DNA of 64,000 nucleotides from a virus: IMG/VR virus record IMGVR_UViG_3300029194_000001, positions 68,238 to 132,237 of that record; one strand, 5' to 3'. Shown piece by piece: positions 20,854 to 30,013 of this stretch (position 1 is its first letter; each line of letters starts with the position of its first letter). The notes under the pieces were generated by a model. It saw only the letters and a program-made list of their open reading frames with translations, ran no database searches and was not told where the DNA came from. The position numbers and the translations under genes were made by a program.

Positions 20854-21951
20854 TTACCACTCTTCATCCTCTTCGTCAGCTTCTCCGAGGCTACTATCTC
20901 CCCATCCGCTATCGTCAGAATCGCTACCATAACTTTCCTCAGCTTTATTAGCATTTCTAATCTTCTGCATTGCTTCTTCGATAGCATCCTTAGAATACAG
21001 GTCTTTTTCAATAGTAGTCGGATCGGCACCAGTCACAATATATTCACGCTTAACAGGAGTAGGAACCTTTTCAATTTCGTCCTCTTCTCCCCAACCATCA
21101 TCTTCAACAACTTCTTCTACCTGAACAGAAGCCTGTACATGACCTGATACTTTAAGTGCCCAGTATGGTTTCACTTTCTTCCTAAACGTCATTGCAAGTT
21201 TTTTCTGCTTTTCATCAACAGGGTCGAGGATAAATTCAACATCTTCAATGTTTGAATAAGTTACAACCTTTCCTGAAATAATATATCTTCCAGTTTCTTT
21301 GTCGTTTTCAACTTCTTTTTCAATTCCCATAAAGACAATTACCTGGTTGAAGTTGTTCTGAGCTTTAAATTTTTCACTGTCAAATTCACATGGGGCACAA
21401 AGAGAAATCTGAGATGGTTCCATAGATTTGTATCGTTTGATGTTACCTTTATCATCGCGATTACTGCGATAAGAAATGCTACCTTTTACAAAAACGCTTT
21501 CTCCGTCTTTAAGATTATTACGAATCTCGGCACAAGCATCATAGTCGGTAAGTACTTTTTTATCGTTTACCTGTTCGCCTTTTTCATTGGTTACTTTAGT
21601 AAGTCCAAGATTTTTACCAATAAGTCTAAATCCTTCGTTCTTTGGGTCTTCCGCAAATTTAAATCTGTTTGCCCAGGATACCGGCTGTGATGTTCCTTTC
21701 TTACCTTTTTCTTCTGGCTTTTTATAGAAATAAACTTTCTCCTGCTCAATTCCTGTAAATCCGATGTACAAATCTCGACCCTCATCATATTCAAGACCGA
21801 AGTTTACAATTCGCATTTCTTTACCAGTACGTGTCTGTTTTTCTGTGTAGAAGTTATCTTTCTTAGTTCCCTTAACTACACCTTTGATCATAAAATTACC
21901 TTTTGTTTCTGGGAGATTAAATAATCTCTGTTTTTTAGTATTGTTCTCCAA
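20854..21951 (-). CDS. possible single-stranded DNA-binding protein
   Basis: The acidic tail ends in an aromatic residue (...EADEEDEEW), as in phage SSBs such as T7 gp2.5. Position is next to replication genes. There is no direct OB-fold motif evidence. Confidence 0.3.
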   Translation of the reverse strand: MENNTKKQRLFNLPETKGNFMIKGVVKGTKKDNFYTEKQTRTGKEMRIVNFGLEYDEGRDLYIGFTGIEQEKVYFYKKPEEKGKKGTSQPVSWANRFKFAEDPKNEGFRLIGKNLGLTKVTNEKGEQVNDKKVLTDYDACAEIRNNLKDGESVFVKGSISYRSNRDDKGNIKRYKSMEPSQISLCAPCEFDSEKFKAQNNFNQVIVFMGIEKEVENDKETGRYIISGKVVTYSNIEDVEFILDPVDEKQKKLAMTFRKKVKPYWALKVSGHVQASVQVEEVVEDDGWGEEDEIEKVPTPVKREYIVTGADPTTIEKDLYSKDAIEEAMQKIRNANKAEESYGSDSDDSGWGDSSLGEADEEDEEW

Positions 21952-22007
21952 ATTTAGAGACCTCCTTTGAATATATATAAATTTTTTAATTGTAACCTGT
22001 ATATAAA

Positions 22008-22024
22008 CCTAGTAAGTTACTAGG
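22008..22024 (-). terminator. candidate intrinsic terminator hairpin downstream of the 22136..22660 gene
   Basis: Near-perfect palindrome CCTAGTAAGTTACTAGG followed on the minus strand by an A/T-rich tract. Confidence 0.3.
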
Positions 22025-22135
22025 ATAATAAAAGGGAAATTTATAAGATAAACAGCCCAGTGGCTGAAATCGAACTATATAAAATTGAAATTTTTTTTTG
22101 GAAATGTTGGTGAAGAAAATCACCAATTAGAATTT

Positions 22136-22660
22136 TTAATAATCAAAATGATCATAATACCGATAAAGACTTACTACATTGTCAAGATTATCTTCTGACC
22201 CGTCATAGAAAACATATGAGTTTTGCAAATAACCACCAAGTACTTCTTCAATGTATACCCTTACTATTCTTAAAGTTTTACCAGAATAATAGCTGTCATC
22301 TACGAAAATAAATGGCTGATTCTTATAAGAATCCAATTTCCAGTTAGAATATTGAATTGGTACACCTTTTCTTAAGCTACCATTCACATATTCTATATTA
22401 CATCCTTCTAAAAACCATGGGTGTTCTTTTTTTAATTCTGCAATTCTGGAACCAATTTCACCGGAAACAATGATATTTTTTACACTTGATTGCGAGATGT
22501 GTATTAGATACGATATTAGAAAATCTTCATCATGTTTAATTAAATCATCTAGTTCGTTGAAATATTCTTCTCCACCACCATGAAGATCAATGCACTTTTG
22601 TACGATCTGACTCATACGTTTTTTAATTTCGATATTTGTTAATATTCGCATCTCTAACAC
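22136..22660 (-). CDS. hypothetical protein
   Basis: 174-aa ORF. Confidence 0.4.
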   Translation of the reverse strand: MLEMRILTNIEIKKRMSQIVQKCIDLHGGGEEYFNELDDLIKHDEDFLISYLIHISQSSVKNIIVSGEIGSRIAELKKEHPWFLEGCNIEYVNGSLRKGVPIQYSNWKLDSYKNQPFIFVDDSYYSGKTLRIVRVYIEEVLGGYLQNSYVFYDGSEDNLDNVVSLYRYYDHFDY

Positions 22661-23303
22661 CTTTCGTTTCTTTTAATATATTATCCAATTCGCTTACTGA
22701 ATCTACATAATCAACAGTGGTAAATGTCCAAATACAATTTTTTTTATTTTCTGTAATATACATTGAAAATTCAGTTTCAAGTCCATCTTCTTTCGAATAA
22801 TATATATTAACATCTTCAGTTACTGGTATCTTTAACTCTTTTTCTGCAGTAGTATAATCACATTGGTCAAATGAACTCAAATAAATAATTATATCAAATG
22901 AACTGTAAATATTTCCAAATCCATCAGTAAAAGAACAAATAATATCTATTGAATCCTGAATATCGTCACAGTTAATACAATCAAGTCCACATGATGTATT
23001 TATATCAATTACAATTCCATCATAATAGCCACAATCATCATGGTCTCCAATTTGTAATAAACTTTTATAAAAATTCTTTATTTCTGGATTTGTATTATTT
23101 ATATTCTCTAATAAACAATTTCTTATATCCACAACTAAAGCCTTATTATTCTCTTCTACATAAGGAAATTTTTCATTTACTTTCTTCATCAATAAATACG
23201 AAAACAAATTTATTTTTGCCATTATAAAATCATTTACAGTATTATATTGATCAAGCCAATCATATTGTTCTTTTAAAATAGTATAATCTAATGGTTTCTT
23301 CAT
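22623..23303 (-). CDS. hypothetical protein
   Basis: 226-aa ORF; its short overlap with the downstream gene is tolerated. Confidence 0.4.
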   Translation of the reverse strand: MKKPLDYTILKEQYDWLDQYNTVNDFIMAKINLFSYLLMKKVNEKFPYVEENNKALVVDIRNCLLENINNTNPEIKNFYKSLLQIGDHDDCGYYDGIVIDINTSCGLDCINCDDIQDSIDIICSFTDGFGNIYSSFDIIIYLSSFDQCDYTTAEKELKIPVTEDVNIYYSKEDGLETEFSMYITENKKNCIWTFTTVDYVDSVSELDNILKETKGVRDANINKYRN

Positions 23304-23524
23304 AACTTATACTTCCTTATTTTAGTTTAATTTTATCTTGAATTTATTGTAGAAATATGATATAGTTCCTCGTTGAGGTGGTGATTCCCAAAAGGAATCG
23401 ATCAGGGAACCAGAGAGAATACTTTATTACGGCCACCGTAAATCGGGCATGTTTCAGTCTGTATACCTTACCTTTCCGCATAGGCTTTTATCGTATAGAT
23501 AAGCTTACAAAGGAGGCAATAGAT

Positions 23525-23608
23525 ATGGACATATTCAATATAGGTACTTTTATCTGTAGTGTTATCATGGTCGGATTTATGATCTACGATCATGTGAGAC
23601 ACGCCTAA
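23525..23608 (+). CDS. 27-aa hydrophobic micro-protein (MDIFNIGTFICSVIMVGFMIYDHVRHA) with a strong SD site
   Basis: AAGGAGG sits 9 nt upstream of the ATG, a single predicted TM helix, and a structured leader upstream. This is the only plus-strand gene in its block. Confidence 0.4.
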   Translation: MDIFNIGTFICSVIMVGFMIYDHVRHA

Positions 23609-23681
23609 TTCTTAAAGTATTCTCTTTGGTGAGGGAAATACCATATCATACTTCTGTTTAATCTGCTCATCTCTGAGCAAA

Positions 23682-23765
23682 TACGGATGATGGGACTCGA
23701 ACCCACAAGGCTGTTAGCCACCAGTTCCTAAGTCTGGTGCGTTTTCCTGATTTCGCCACATCCGT
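23682..23765 (-). tRNA. tRNA-Leu (anticodon UAG), class II with a long variable arm
   Basis: Acceptor ACGGATG/CATCCGT with 7 bp, U8, a 3-bp D-stem with a long D-loop, anticodon loop CUUAGGA, variable arm GGCUAACAGCC, and T-arm GUGGG-UUCGAGU-CCCAU. Confidence 0.75.
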
Positions 23766-24124
23766 TTATTTTTTAAGTACTGCTATACTGACAACTGCGC
23801 ACATCATCAGTATAGGCTTACATACTATTTTGTAGGTGACCATTGTGAAAACCTACCGCCTACTTTCTGATACTTAAAGGTCTCGTATATCTCTTACGCT
23901 GAACCAATCCCTCTCAGTTTCGGACTATCGTAAAATCCACACAGGATTTATATGAGATATTTTTGACAACGGTTTTTGCATGTTATTAAATTGTATTTTG
24001 TATTTTTGTGCGTTTTTGATATGCCTATAACCAAGAACTTAGCATATCTCTTCTGCTTGCTCATATCAAGTAGTCAAGTTTTTATCGCTAACGTATTTAT
24101 GAGGAATACGTTACGTAGTGGATA

Positions 24125-24198
24125 TGGACCATCTGTGATTCGAACACAGAAATCTTTCGCTTATGAGGCGACTGCCTTAACCGTTTGGCTAATGGTCC
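24125..24198 (-). tRNA. tRNA-Met/Ile2 (anticodon CAU)
   Basis: Acceptor GGACCAT/ATGGTCC, D-arm GCC-AAACGGUUAA-GGC, anticodon loop CUCAUAA, and T-arm CUGUG-UUCGAAU-CACAG. Confidence 0.7.
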
Positions 24199-24365
24199 TT
24201 GGTTGTGTTATAAGCGAAGCCATGCACGACCTCCAATAAATAAATATATTTTATAATACTTTAATCACAGGTGTAATTTATTTTACTTCAAGTCCTAGGA
24301 TTATCTTGAAGGTGACATATTACTATTATTTATATTCAATTACCGTTGCATACTTATAACACTAG

Positions 24366-24438
24366 CTGGGCTGGTAGGATTTGAACCTACGAATACGGAG
24401 GTCAAAGCTCCGGATGTTGACCGCTTCATCACAACCCA
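24366..24438 (-). tRNA. tRNA-Gln (anticodon UUG)
   Basis: Acceptor UGGGUUG/CAGCCCA (one G-U pair), U8, anticodon stem CGGAG/CUCCG with loop CUUUGAC, and T-arm GUAGG-UUCAAAU-CCUAC; 73 nt. Confidence 0.75.
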
Positions 24439-24967
24439 AAAACAATTTCATATCTTCAGTATCTACTCATCTTACTTTACGCCTAGACTTTCTTCGAGAG
24501 ATCTGCGTAGCCATCTTCACATCCACACCTCAGATGATATGTATCTACAATAGCTACTTCCAATATGAAATTATTTCTCTTTCAAATTCCTTCTATTAAG
24601 TCTATATGGTAACAACATAGTGTAATCTACATTAGAAGTTCATCAAAAGAATTTTATTATATCCATATACATAAAATATATAATGCTCCTTAATTACAAT
24701 TCCCACATTTAACGTATGTGTAGAGCTATAACGCCATTTGAATATCTGATAAGTGTCAGAACTTTGGAGGGATATATCGTTTCACCACATCCACAGGTTA
24801 ACTACGCCTTATTCAAAATGGATAGCATAAGAGTCCATCAGCCATAGGAGCAGACTCCACGGAGTTCCCTAACGATGACTTTGGGATTTATTATGTCGAT
24901 GATTGTTTTGCACCGCCTATATTCGCAACTATGCTATTCAATTTATAATAGGAAGAAACTCTTCCTA

Positions 24968-25028
24968 AGAGACACATCTGAGGGTTGAACTCAGAACCAA
25001 TTAAGGCTCCCCATCTGGAATGTGTCTG
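24968..25028 (-). other. tRNA-like remnant: acceptor-like 7-bp helix plus T-arm, but only about 61 nt
   Basis: GACACAU...AUGUGUC helix encloses CUGAG-UUCAACC-CUCAG (T-arm-like). It lacks a credible D-arm/anticodon-arm pair. Confidence 0.3.
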
Positions 25029-25374
25029 CTAAAATTGAAACAACTTTGTAAACCAAACCTTTTTAGAGTACTCTGATCTTCTTATAAGGCTCATCGCCAC
25101 AAGAACCATAACCACATACTGTAAGTTTGATTGAACTTCCGAAGATATATACACTTTTTCACGCACAGCTGCTACTCTGCTGTTACTAAATATGTAAAAG
25201 TTTAACCGTACTATTCGATTGCTCTAGCAGTAAACAAATCTTTCGTATAGCTTCGAGATTCCAGAACTACTGCGCTCTGTAGGTGGATCATACACGATAT
25301 TGTGTAGTCAAACGGTACGGCAACTCGGATATTGAGAAGCGTTTTTGTGGCACCACATATCTGAAATCTCTAAT

Positions 25375-25436
25375 AGGACATCTGGGAGTCGAACCCAGTA
25401 CAGACTATTTAAAGTCTCTTCGCCATCGAAGTCATG
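25375..25436 (-). other. tRNA-like remnant: good T-arm CUGGG-UUCGACU-CCCAG with no matching 5' acceptor strand
   Basis: T-arm and 3' acceptor-like AUGUCCU are present, but the upstream sequence cannot pair. It could be a pseudo-tRNA. Confidence 0.3.
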
Positions 25437-25694
25437 CCCCACCTCATCAACACTTTAGGAGGTATAAGAAATAAGAAATCTTTTTTGGGTAACTAACCCA
25501 AATCCTGAATGCGGATTCGAACCGGCAAATACATGGGTTTCATGTGTTATAACCATTTAACTATCCAGGACGTTCCAACTGCGGCTTTGTTAGAACTAAG
25601 AAACAAGGTTTTAATAACCGCATTGATTTATTTATAAGATGAACTTCACCACTTATCAGCCTTGTACAAACCACAGAGCCGATATAATCATGCT

Positions 25695-25820
25695 ACCAAA
25701 ACTTTCTCAAGGTTTTTATCAAACTTTGGAACTTATCAACTTTACTACGTGAACTTTATATCAAAAATAAGCTTTGAATTTTGAACTTTAAGGTTTGAAC
25801 TTTCTATCTTTAAACTTTAC
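25695..25820. repeat. array of seven AACTTT hexamers (plus GAACTT variants) in about 125 bp
   Basis: AACTTT at 25699, 25722, 25738, 25752, 25784, 25798 and 25813. The chance expectation for this hexamer in 125 bp of AT-rich DNA is well under one copy. Confidence 0.6.
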
Positions 25821-26096
25821 ATGCATTAGTAATAATGCACTTCTGCACAATTTTATCTAACTTAGTAAAATTATTTAGAGTATGAGTCTAAACCATTTAA
25901 TTTTTAAGGCCAGCTTGTTTAATTTTTTACTTTACTCTATGCTGACTGAAAGACTAAAGGATTATAGTTCAGTGATTTTCGATAAGCAATGAAGGAAATC
26001 TTTTATACAACTGTTCGTATAGCAATGGCTATTTAGCTATCATATTGGTCAAAAATCGTTTATACAATTTTCAGCAAATAATTCACTAACCATTCT

Positions 26097-26747
26097 TTAA
26101 TACTCAATTGTAACTGTTGTTAATGCGTTACTTGTGCTTAAAACAGAGTCTACTTCTGCTTCAAATGATGAAATTTCGTCAGATAAAACACGGATTTTAT
26201 TTTGCACATTTATCGGATCAATCAACTCCCATGTGTTAAGATCAATGTACTGCTGTTTGGCTTTTGTAACTTCATCGGTAGAAGTTTTACCCTCTTTCTG
26301 TCCAAAAAGACCAGTTACATAATTTTCTGACTTACTTTCAAGAATCTCATTCTCTTTGTTTGTTTTTGCCTGTGCCTGAGAAAGCTGTTGCTGCATTCTG
26401 TCAAGCATCTGTCTCTTGAACATCATACTGTTATTTTTCATGTTGATTGCTTCTGCTACAGTACGTTCTTCTTCATTTTCTCCAATTTTAATCTTAACTT
26501 TTGTTACTGCATTTGAAAGCATTACTGCTCTCTGCAGAGCTTCAAGTCTACTCATAAGATCTACATCTTTGTCGTAACATCCTGTAATAATCTTCTCATA
26601 TTCATCAACATCCATTCCAGAAATTTTTGACTGAGAATTTTTTTTGCAAGATACAAAAATTGAATTGTAAATCTCACTCTGGATTCTGTCTTTAAGGATT
26701 TTAATTTCTGCTAACGCTTTATGTACTGTCATAGTTTCTTTTGTCAT
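26097..26747 (-). CDS. hypothetical coiled-coil protein
   Basis: 216-aa ORF, heptad-rich and charged. Confidence 0.45.
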   Translation of the reverse strand: MTKETMTVHKALAEIKILKDRIQSEIYNSIFVSCKKNSQSKISGMDVDEYEKIITGCYDKDVDLMSRLEALQRAVMLSNAVTKVKIKIGENEEERTVAEAINMKNNSMMFKRQMLDRMQQQLSQAQAKTNKENEILESKSENYVTGLFGQKEGKTSTDEVTKAKQQYIDLNTWELIDPINVQNKIRVLSDEISSFEAEVDSVLSTSNALTTVTIEY

Positions 26748-26818
26748 AATTTTCTTCTCCTTTAAATTGAATTTTATTCTTTAAATTTTTAACTTTGAAA
26801 TACTCATTTCTGAGTTAA

Positions 26819-26890
26819 CGGCACCTGTTGGAATCGAACCAACATCTGATGATCCAAGGTCATCCGTGATAACCATTACACTAAGATGCT
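26819..26890 (-). tRNA. putative tRNA (anticodon UUG by position, with an atypical C at position 33; A1-C72 mismatch)
   Basis: T-arm GUUGG-UUCGAUU-CCAAC, a 6-bp acceptor, U8, and anticodon stem GAUGA/UCAUC with loop CCUUGGA. Confidence 0.4.
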
Positions 26891-27442
26891 TTATATTGAC
26901 GGTTGCTACACCGCCATATATGTCTTCGTCAGACAAATTTTTATTCACTCAGATTCGCTACTTTCTGAACCGTTCTCTTATGAACTGCTGCTACAGTTAC
27001 CTGGCAGTATCGCCCTTGTTCCATACCAATCACTTGTATGTACTCTCTATTTTCCAAGTTAGGCTTCGCCTCATTTATATGAGGGTCGTAAGTTAAGTTT
27101 ATCGTCATTCTTATCTGGACTCTCTATTATTTACTTCTCAATTGTTTCTTCATCTATTCTTAAAAAGTATCTCTAACCGAACTTGATACCGAAAAGTTTT
27201 TAATTACAGTTACTAATTAATTTGAGCCTTTATAATCTGGATTTAAGAATTAAATATGCAGACCTATCAATTAACCTTGCTGCATTACTATTGAATAAAT
27301 ACCTTACTGAACTTTAACTCTATCTATAAACTCAATCAATAACCTACCATACTTGTATTAAATGTATATTTACTTTTATATAAATAATCTATATGTAAAA
27401 GTAACTGTAATACGGAAGATTGATTACATTAACTACTTCCCA

Positions 27443-27964
27443 TTAGAGGTCAATATCAATCTCAAATTTGTACTCTGCTGAACTGTTTACAATATTAAGT
27501 TCTTCCTGAATTTCTGAAATTTCGGTATACACACTGTCATATTTTTTCTTTGCGTCCTCAAGATCATAATTCAAATAAGTGTATTCAATATCTTTGTTTA
27601 TTGAAGTGTTTCTTATCTTTTTCTGTCTGGTAGCAAGTTTGCTATAAATACTCTTCTCTCTTTCGAGTATAGCTAATCTAATAATGTTGTCACCGACAGT
27701 CAATCCATTCTTCATAACTACTGAGTTATTAAACACAGATTTTGCATGTCTGATTGTAATAATTTTCTTATCAATCTCATCAATCTGTGAGATAGTCTCA
27801 TTCAGATTGAATTCTGCTTCCTGCTCTGCTTTGATCTGGTCGTAATTCTCAGTTATTGCCACAATGAATGTTGACATTTTAGAAATCTTATCTGTGAGAA
27901 TACCTTTTTCTTGCTCTAACTTCTTAATCAGTTTATTGGCTGCATCAGATGTAACTTTTATCAT
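27443..27964 (-). CDS. hypothetical coiled-coil protein
   Basis: 173-aa ORF. Confidence 0.4.
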   Translation of the reverse strand: MIKVTSDAANKLIKKLEQEKGILTDKISKMSTFIVAITENYDQIKAEQEAEFNLNETISQIDEIDKKIITIRHAKSVFNNSVVMKNGLTVGDNIIRLAILEREKSIYSKLATRQKKIRNTSINKDIEYTYLNYDLEDAKKKYDSVYTEISEIQEELNIVNSSAEYKFEIDIDL

Positions 27965-27979
27965 TTATTATCACCTCTA

Positions 27980-29212
27980 TTATTTATTTCCAATTCTTTG
28001 AGCTTTTTGTTTTAGTTTTTCATTAATCTCTTTCATCTGCAGCGTAATGATTTTGTTCTGCAAGTAAGCAGGATTAATTGGAAACTGTTCATCTCTAAGA
28101 ATTACTTCCGAATCTGCTTCAAATTTATTACACATTTTTACCGCTTCATCGTGATCAAAATTTTTCATTTCAATCTTAATGTCAAATCGTCCATCTCGAA
28201 TAAGAGCAGGATCTAGTCTATCAATATAATTTGTTGTTGCTAAAAATATTGTTTTCTTACATGAGTTAATTCCATCTAAGAGTTGCAATAATGCTTGAAA
28301 ATTTTCTTTGTCTGCAGAGGTAACACTATTATCACGTTTGCTTACCAGAACATCGATATCTTCTAACACTACAACAGAATCTTCTAATTTTTTCCAAAAT
28401 TCATTCTTTGAAATTAATTTTGATAAATCATTCAATGTGAACTTAACAAGAGTTAAGTCGTACTTTGTTGCCAAGACCTTGGCAAAAGTGGTTTTACCAG
28501 TACCAGGTTCACCATAAAGAAGGATGCCAATTTTGTGATTAATTCCACATGATGTAAAATACGTTTCAGAATTCAACCATGCGTCCAAATAGCTAAATAT
28601 TTCATTTTTTTCTGGGAATATAATTGCGTTTTCTGAAATACCATCAATTTCATCGTCAAGTTCATTTGTCATCTTATCTGTTTTATCAATTTGCAGAGTA
28701 TCTATTGTCATATATTTACTATTATATTTATCGCAAAATTTTCTAAAAAAATCTGCATGTTCTTTTCTATGAGGACCGATAAAATAAATATTTGCATAAT
28801 CTAAAAAACTACCCTTACTTAATTTGGCAACCACTTTAGTTTTATCTTTGCAAGTAAATACAAATTTTCGTTCATATGGAAGCATATAATAAACTCTATC
28901 GTTTCTCACAAAGCACTGTTTATATTCCTCTATATCACCAATATATTTTTTGTATAGTTTTGGATCGAGTTTATTTAAATACCAGCAAATATTTTTAATA
29001 TCATCAGAATATGATGTAAAAAATCCAACAATTAATTTGTCTTGAAGCCTATTAATCTTATCAACAAAATAATTTTTTCCAATCGTAAATAAAAAATCAT
29101 TCACGTTGTATTCAATGGCATTTTTAATTCCAAGCTGTTTTGTTAAATTTGCTGCATCTTGGAAATTATGTAGCAAAGCACCGGCATTAAAATATCGTGT
29201 ATAATTTAACAT
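27980..29212 (-). CDS. AAA+ ATPase (classic AAA clade) with an unknown 200-aa N-terminal domain
   Basis: Walker A LLYGEPGTGKTT, Walker B VVVLEDIDVL, second region of homology ATTNYIDRLDPALIRDGRFD. Confidence 0.8.
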   Translation of the reverse strand: MLNYTRYFNAGALLHNFQDAANLTKQLGIKNAIEYNVNDFLFTIGKNYFVDKINRLQDKLIVGFFTSYSDDIKNICWYLNKLDPKLYKKYIGDIEEYKQCFVRNDRVYYMLPYERKFVFTCKDKTKVVAKLSKGSFLDYANIYFIGPHRKEHADFFRKFCDKYNSKYMTIDTLQIDKTDKMTNELDDEIDGISENAIIFPEKNEIFSYLDAWLNSETYFTSCGINHKIGILLYGEPGTGKTTFAKVLATKYDLTLVKFTLNDLSKLISKNEFWKKLEDSVVVLEDIDVLVSKRDNSVTSADKENFQALLQLLDGINSCKKTIFLATTNYIDRLDPALIRDGRFDIKIEMKNFDHDEAVKMCNKFEADSEVILRDEQFPINPAYLQNKIITLQMKEINEKLKQKAQRIGNK

Positions 29213-29230
29213 TTAATATCTCCAATCTAT

Positions 29231-30013
29231 TTATTTACCAAACACCCTCTTGAATACCATATAGTTCGTACCGCCAGGAATCGCAAATATAATATTCTCA
29301 AAAGTATCGGTATAATATTCTTCTAATTCTTTTTTGAAACTATTCGCAACAAATTCTGCATCATTACCAAATACACCACATCCCCATGCGCCAAGAATTA
29401 ATGTATTAACTTCCTCTTCTTGTGCAATATCAAGCATAAAATGTATACGATCAACCATTGCAGAATTACAATCAAAATCAGATTTACCACAATATTTCTG
29501 AGCTGCAGTTTTGTTTGGTGCTGCACAAGTAATAACATCTACACAAATCTCTTCATCGCCTCTTATGAATAAAACATCATGACTATATAATGCACGATTT
29601 GTATATAATGCGAAGTTCTTAGTCATTCTATTGAATTCATAATAATCTTCATCAAATTCAGATAACACATTATATAGGAAGGAACTGTGGCAAAGCATTT
29701 CTTCCTGTGCAGAAGATCCATCTAAAAATTTGCCACCTGGATTTTTATAGCTTGCAAAATTAAGAACTGCTGTTTTACCTGTGTTTTCATAAGAAAATAT
29801 TGCCTGTACACTATCCATATCTTCTACAGTGATTTTCTGATGAAAATCCGGCTTACTATCGCATTCTTTTTTACAATAGAACTCTTGGTCATATACTTTT
29901 GTATTGTTTACACATTCTGTAATTTCCAAGCTATATAGCTCTTCCATTTTATTTGTATGAACATTCGCCTTTTTCTTTAATTCAGTTTTCCTATTCCAAT
30001 ATCCCATTACCAA
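29231..30013 (-). CDS. bacterial-type poly(ADP-ribose) glycohydrolase-like macrodomain protein (TIGR02452/DUF2263 family)
   Basis: VLNFASYKNPGGKFLDGSSAQEE matches the PARG signature GGG-X6-8-QEE. LGAWGCGVFGN matches the macrodomain diphosphate-binding loop. Confidence 0.65.
   Translation of the reverse strand: MVMGYWNRKTELKKKANVHTNKMEELYSLEITECVNNTKVYDQEFYCKKECDSKPDFHQKITVEDMDSVQAIFSYENTGKTAVLNFASYKNPGGKFLDGSSAQEEMLCHSSFLYNVLSEFDEDYYEFNRMTKNFALYTNRALYSHDVLFIRGDEEICVDVITCAAPNKTAAQKYCGKSDFDCNSAMVDRIHFMLDIAQEEEVNTLILGAWGCGVFGNDAEFVANSFKKELEEYYTDTFENIIFAIPGGTNYMVFKRVFGK

Noticed and set aside
23378-23608. 76-aa GTG-initiated version of the micro-ORF
   Set aside because: Its N-terminal two-thirds would be translated from within the strongly structured leader and has no SD. 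The 27-aa ATG-initiated form has a near-perfect SD.
25490-25580. Possible tRNA around the GGATTCGAACCGG T-loop-like word
   Set aside because: The T-stem cannot be closed on either strand (3 bp at best). The only anticodon-like hairpin has a 5-nt loop, and no acceptor helix pairs. It may be a badly decayed tRNA, but I cannot support a call.
25695-25820. CRISPR array
   Set aside because: The repeats are only 6 nt and irregularly spaced with no spacer/repeat periodicity, and there are no cas genes. It is better described as an iteron-like array.
26866-27096. 76-aa plus-strand ORF in the tRNA island
   Set aside because: It overlaps the putative tRNA at 26819..26890 and non-coding AT-rich sequence. 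It has no SD and no codon-usage resemblance to neighbouring genes.
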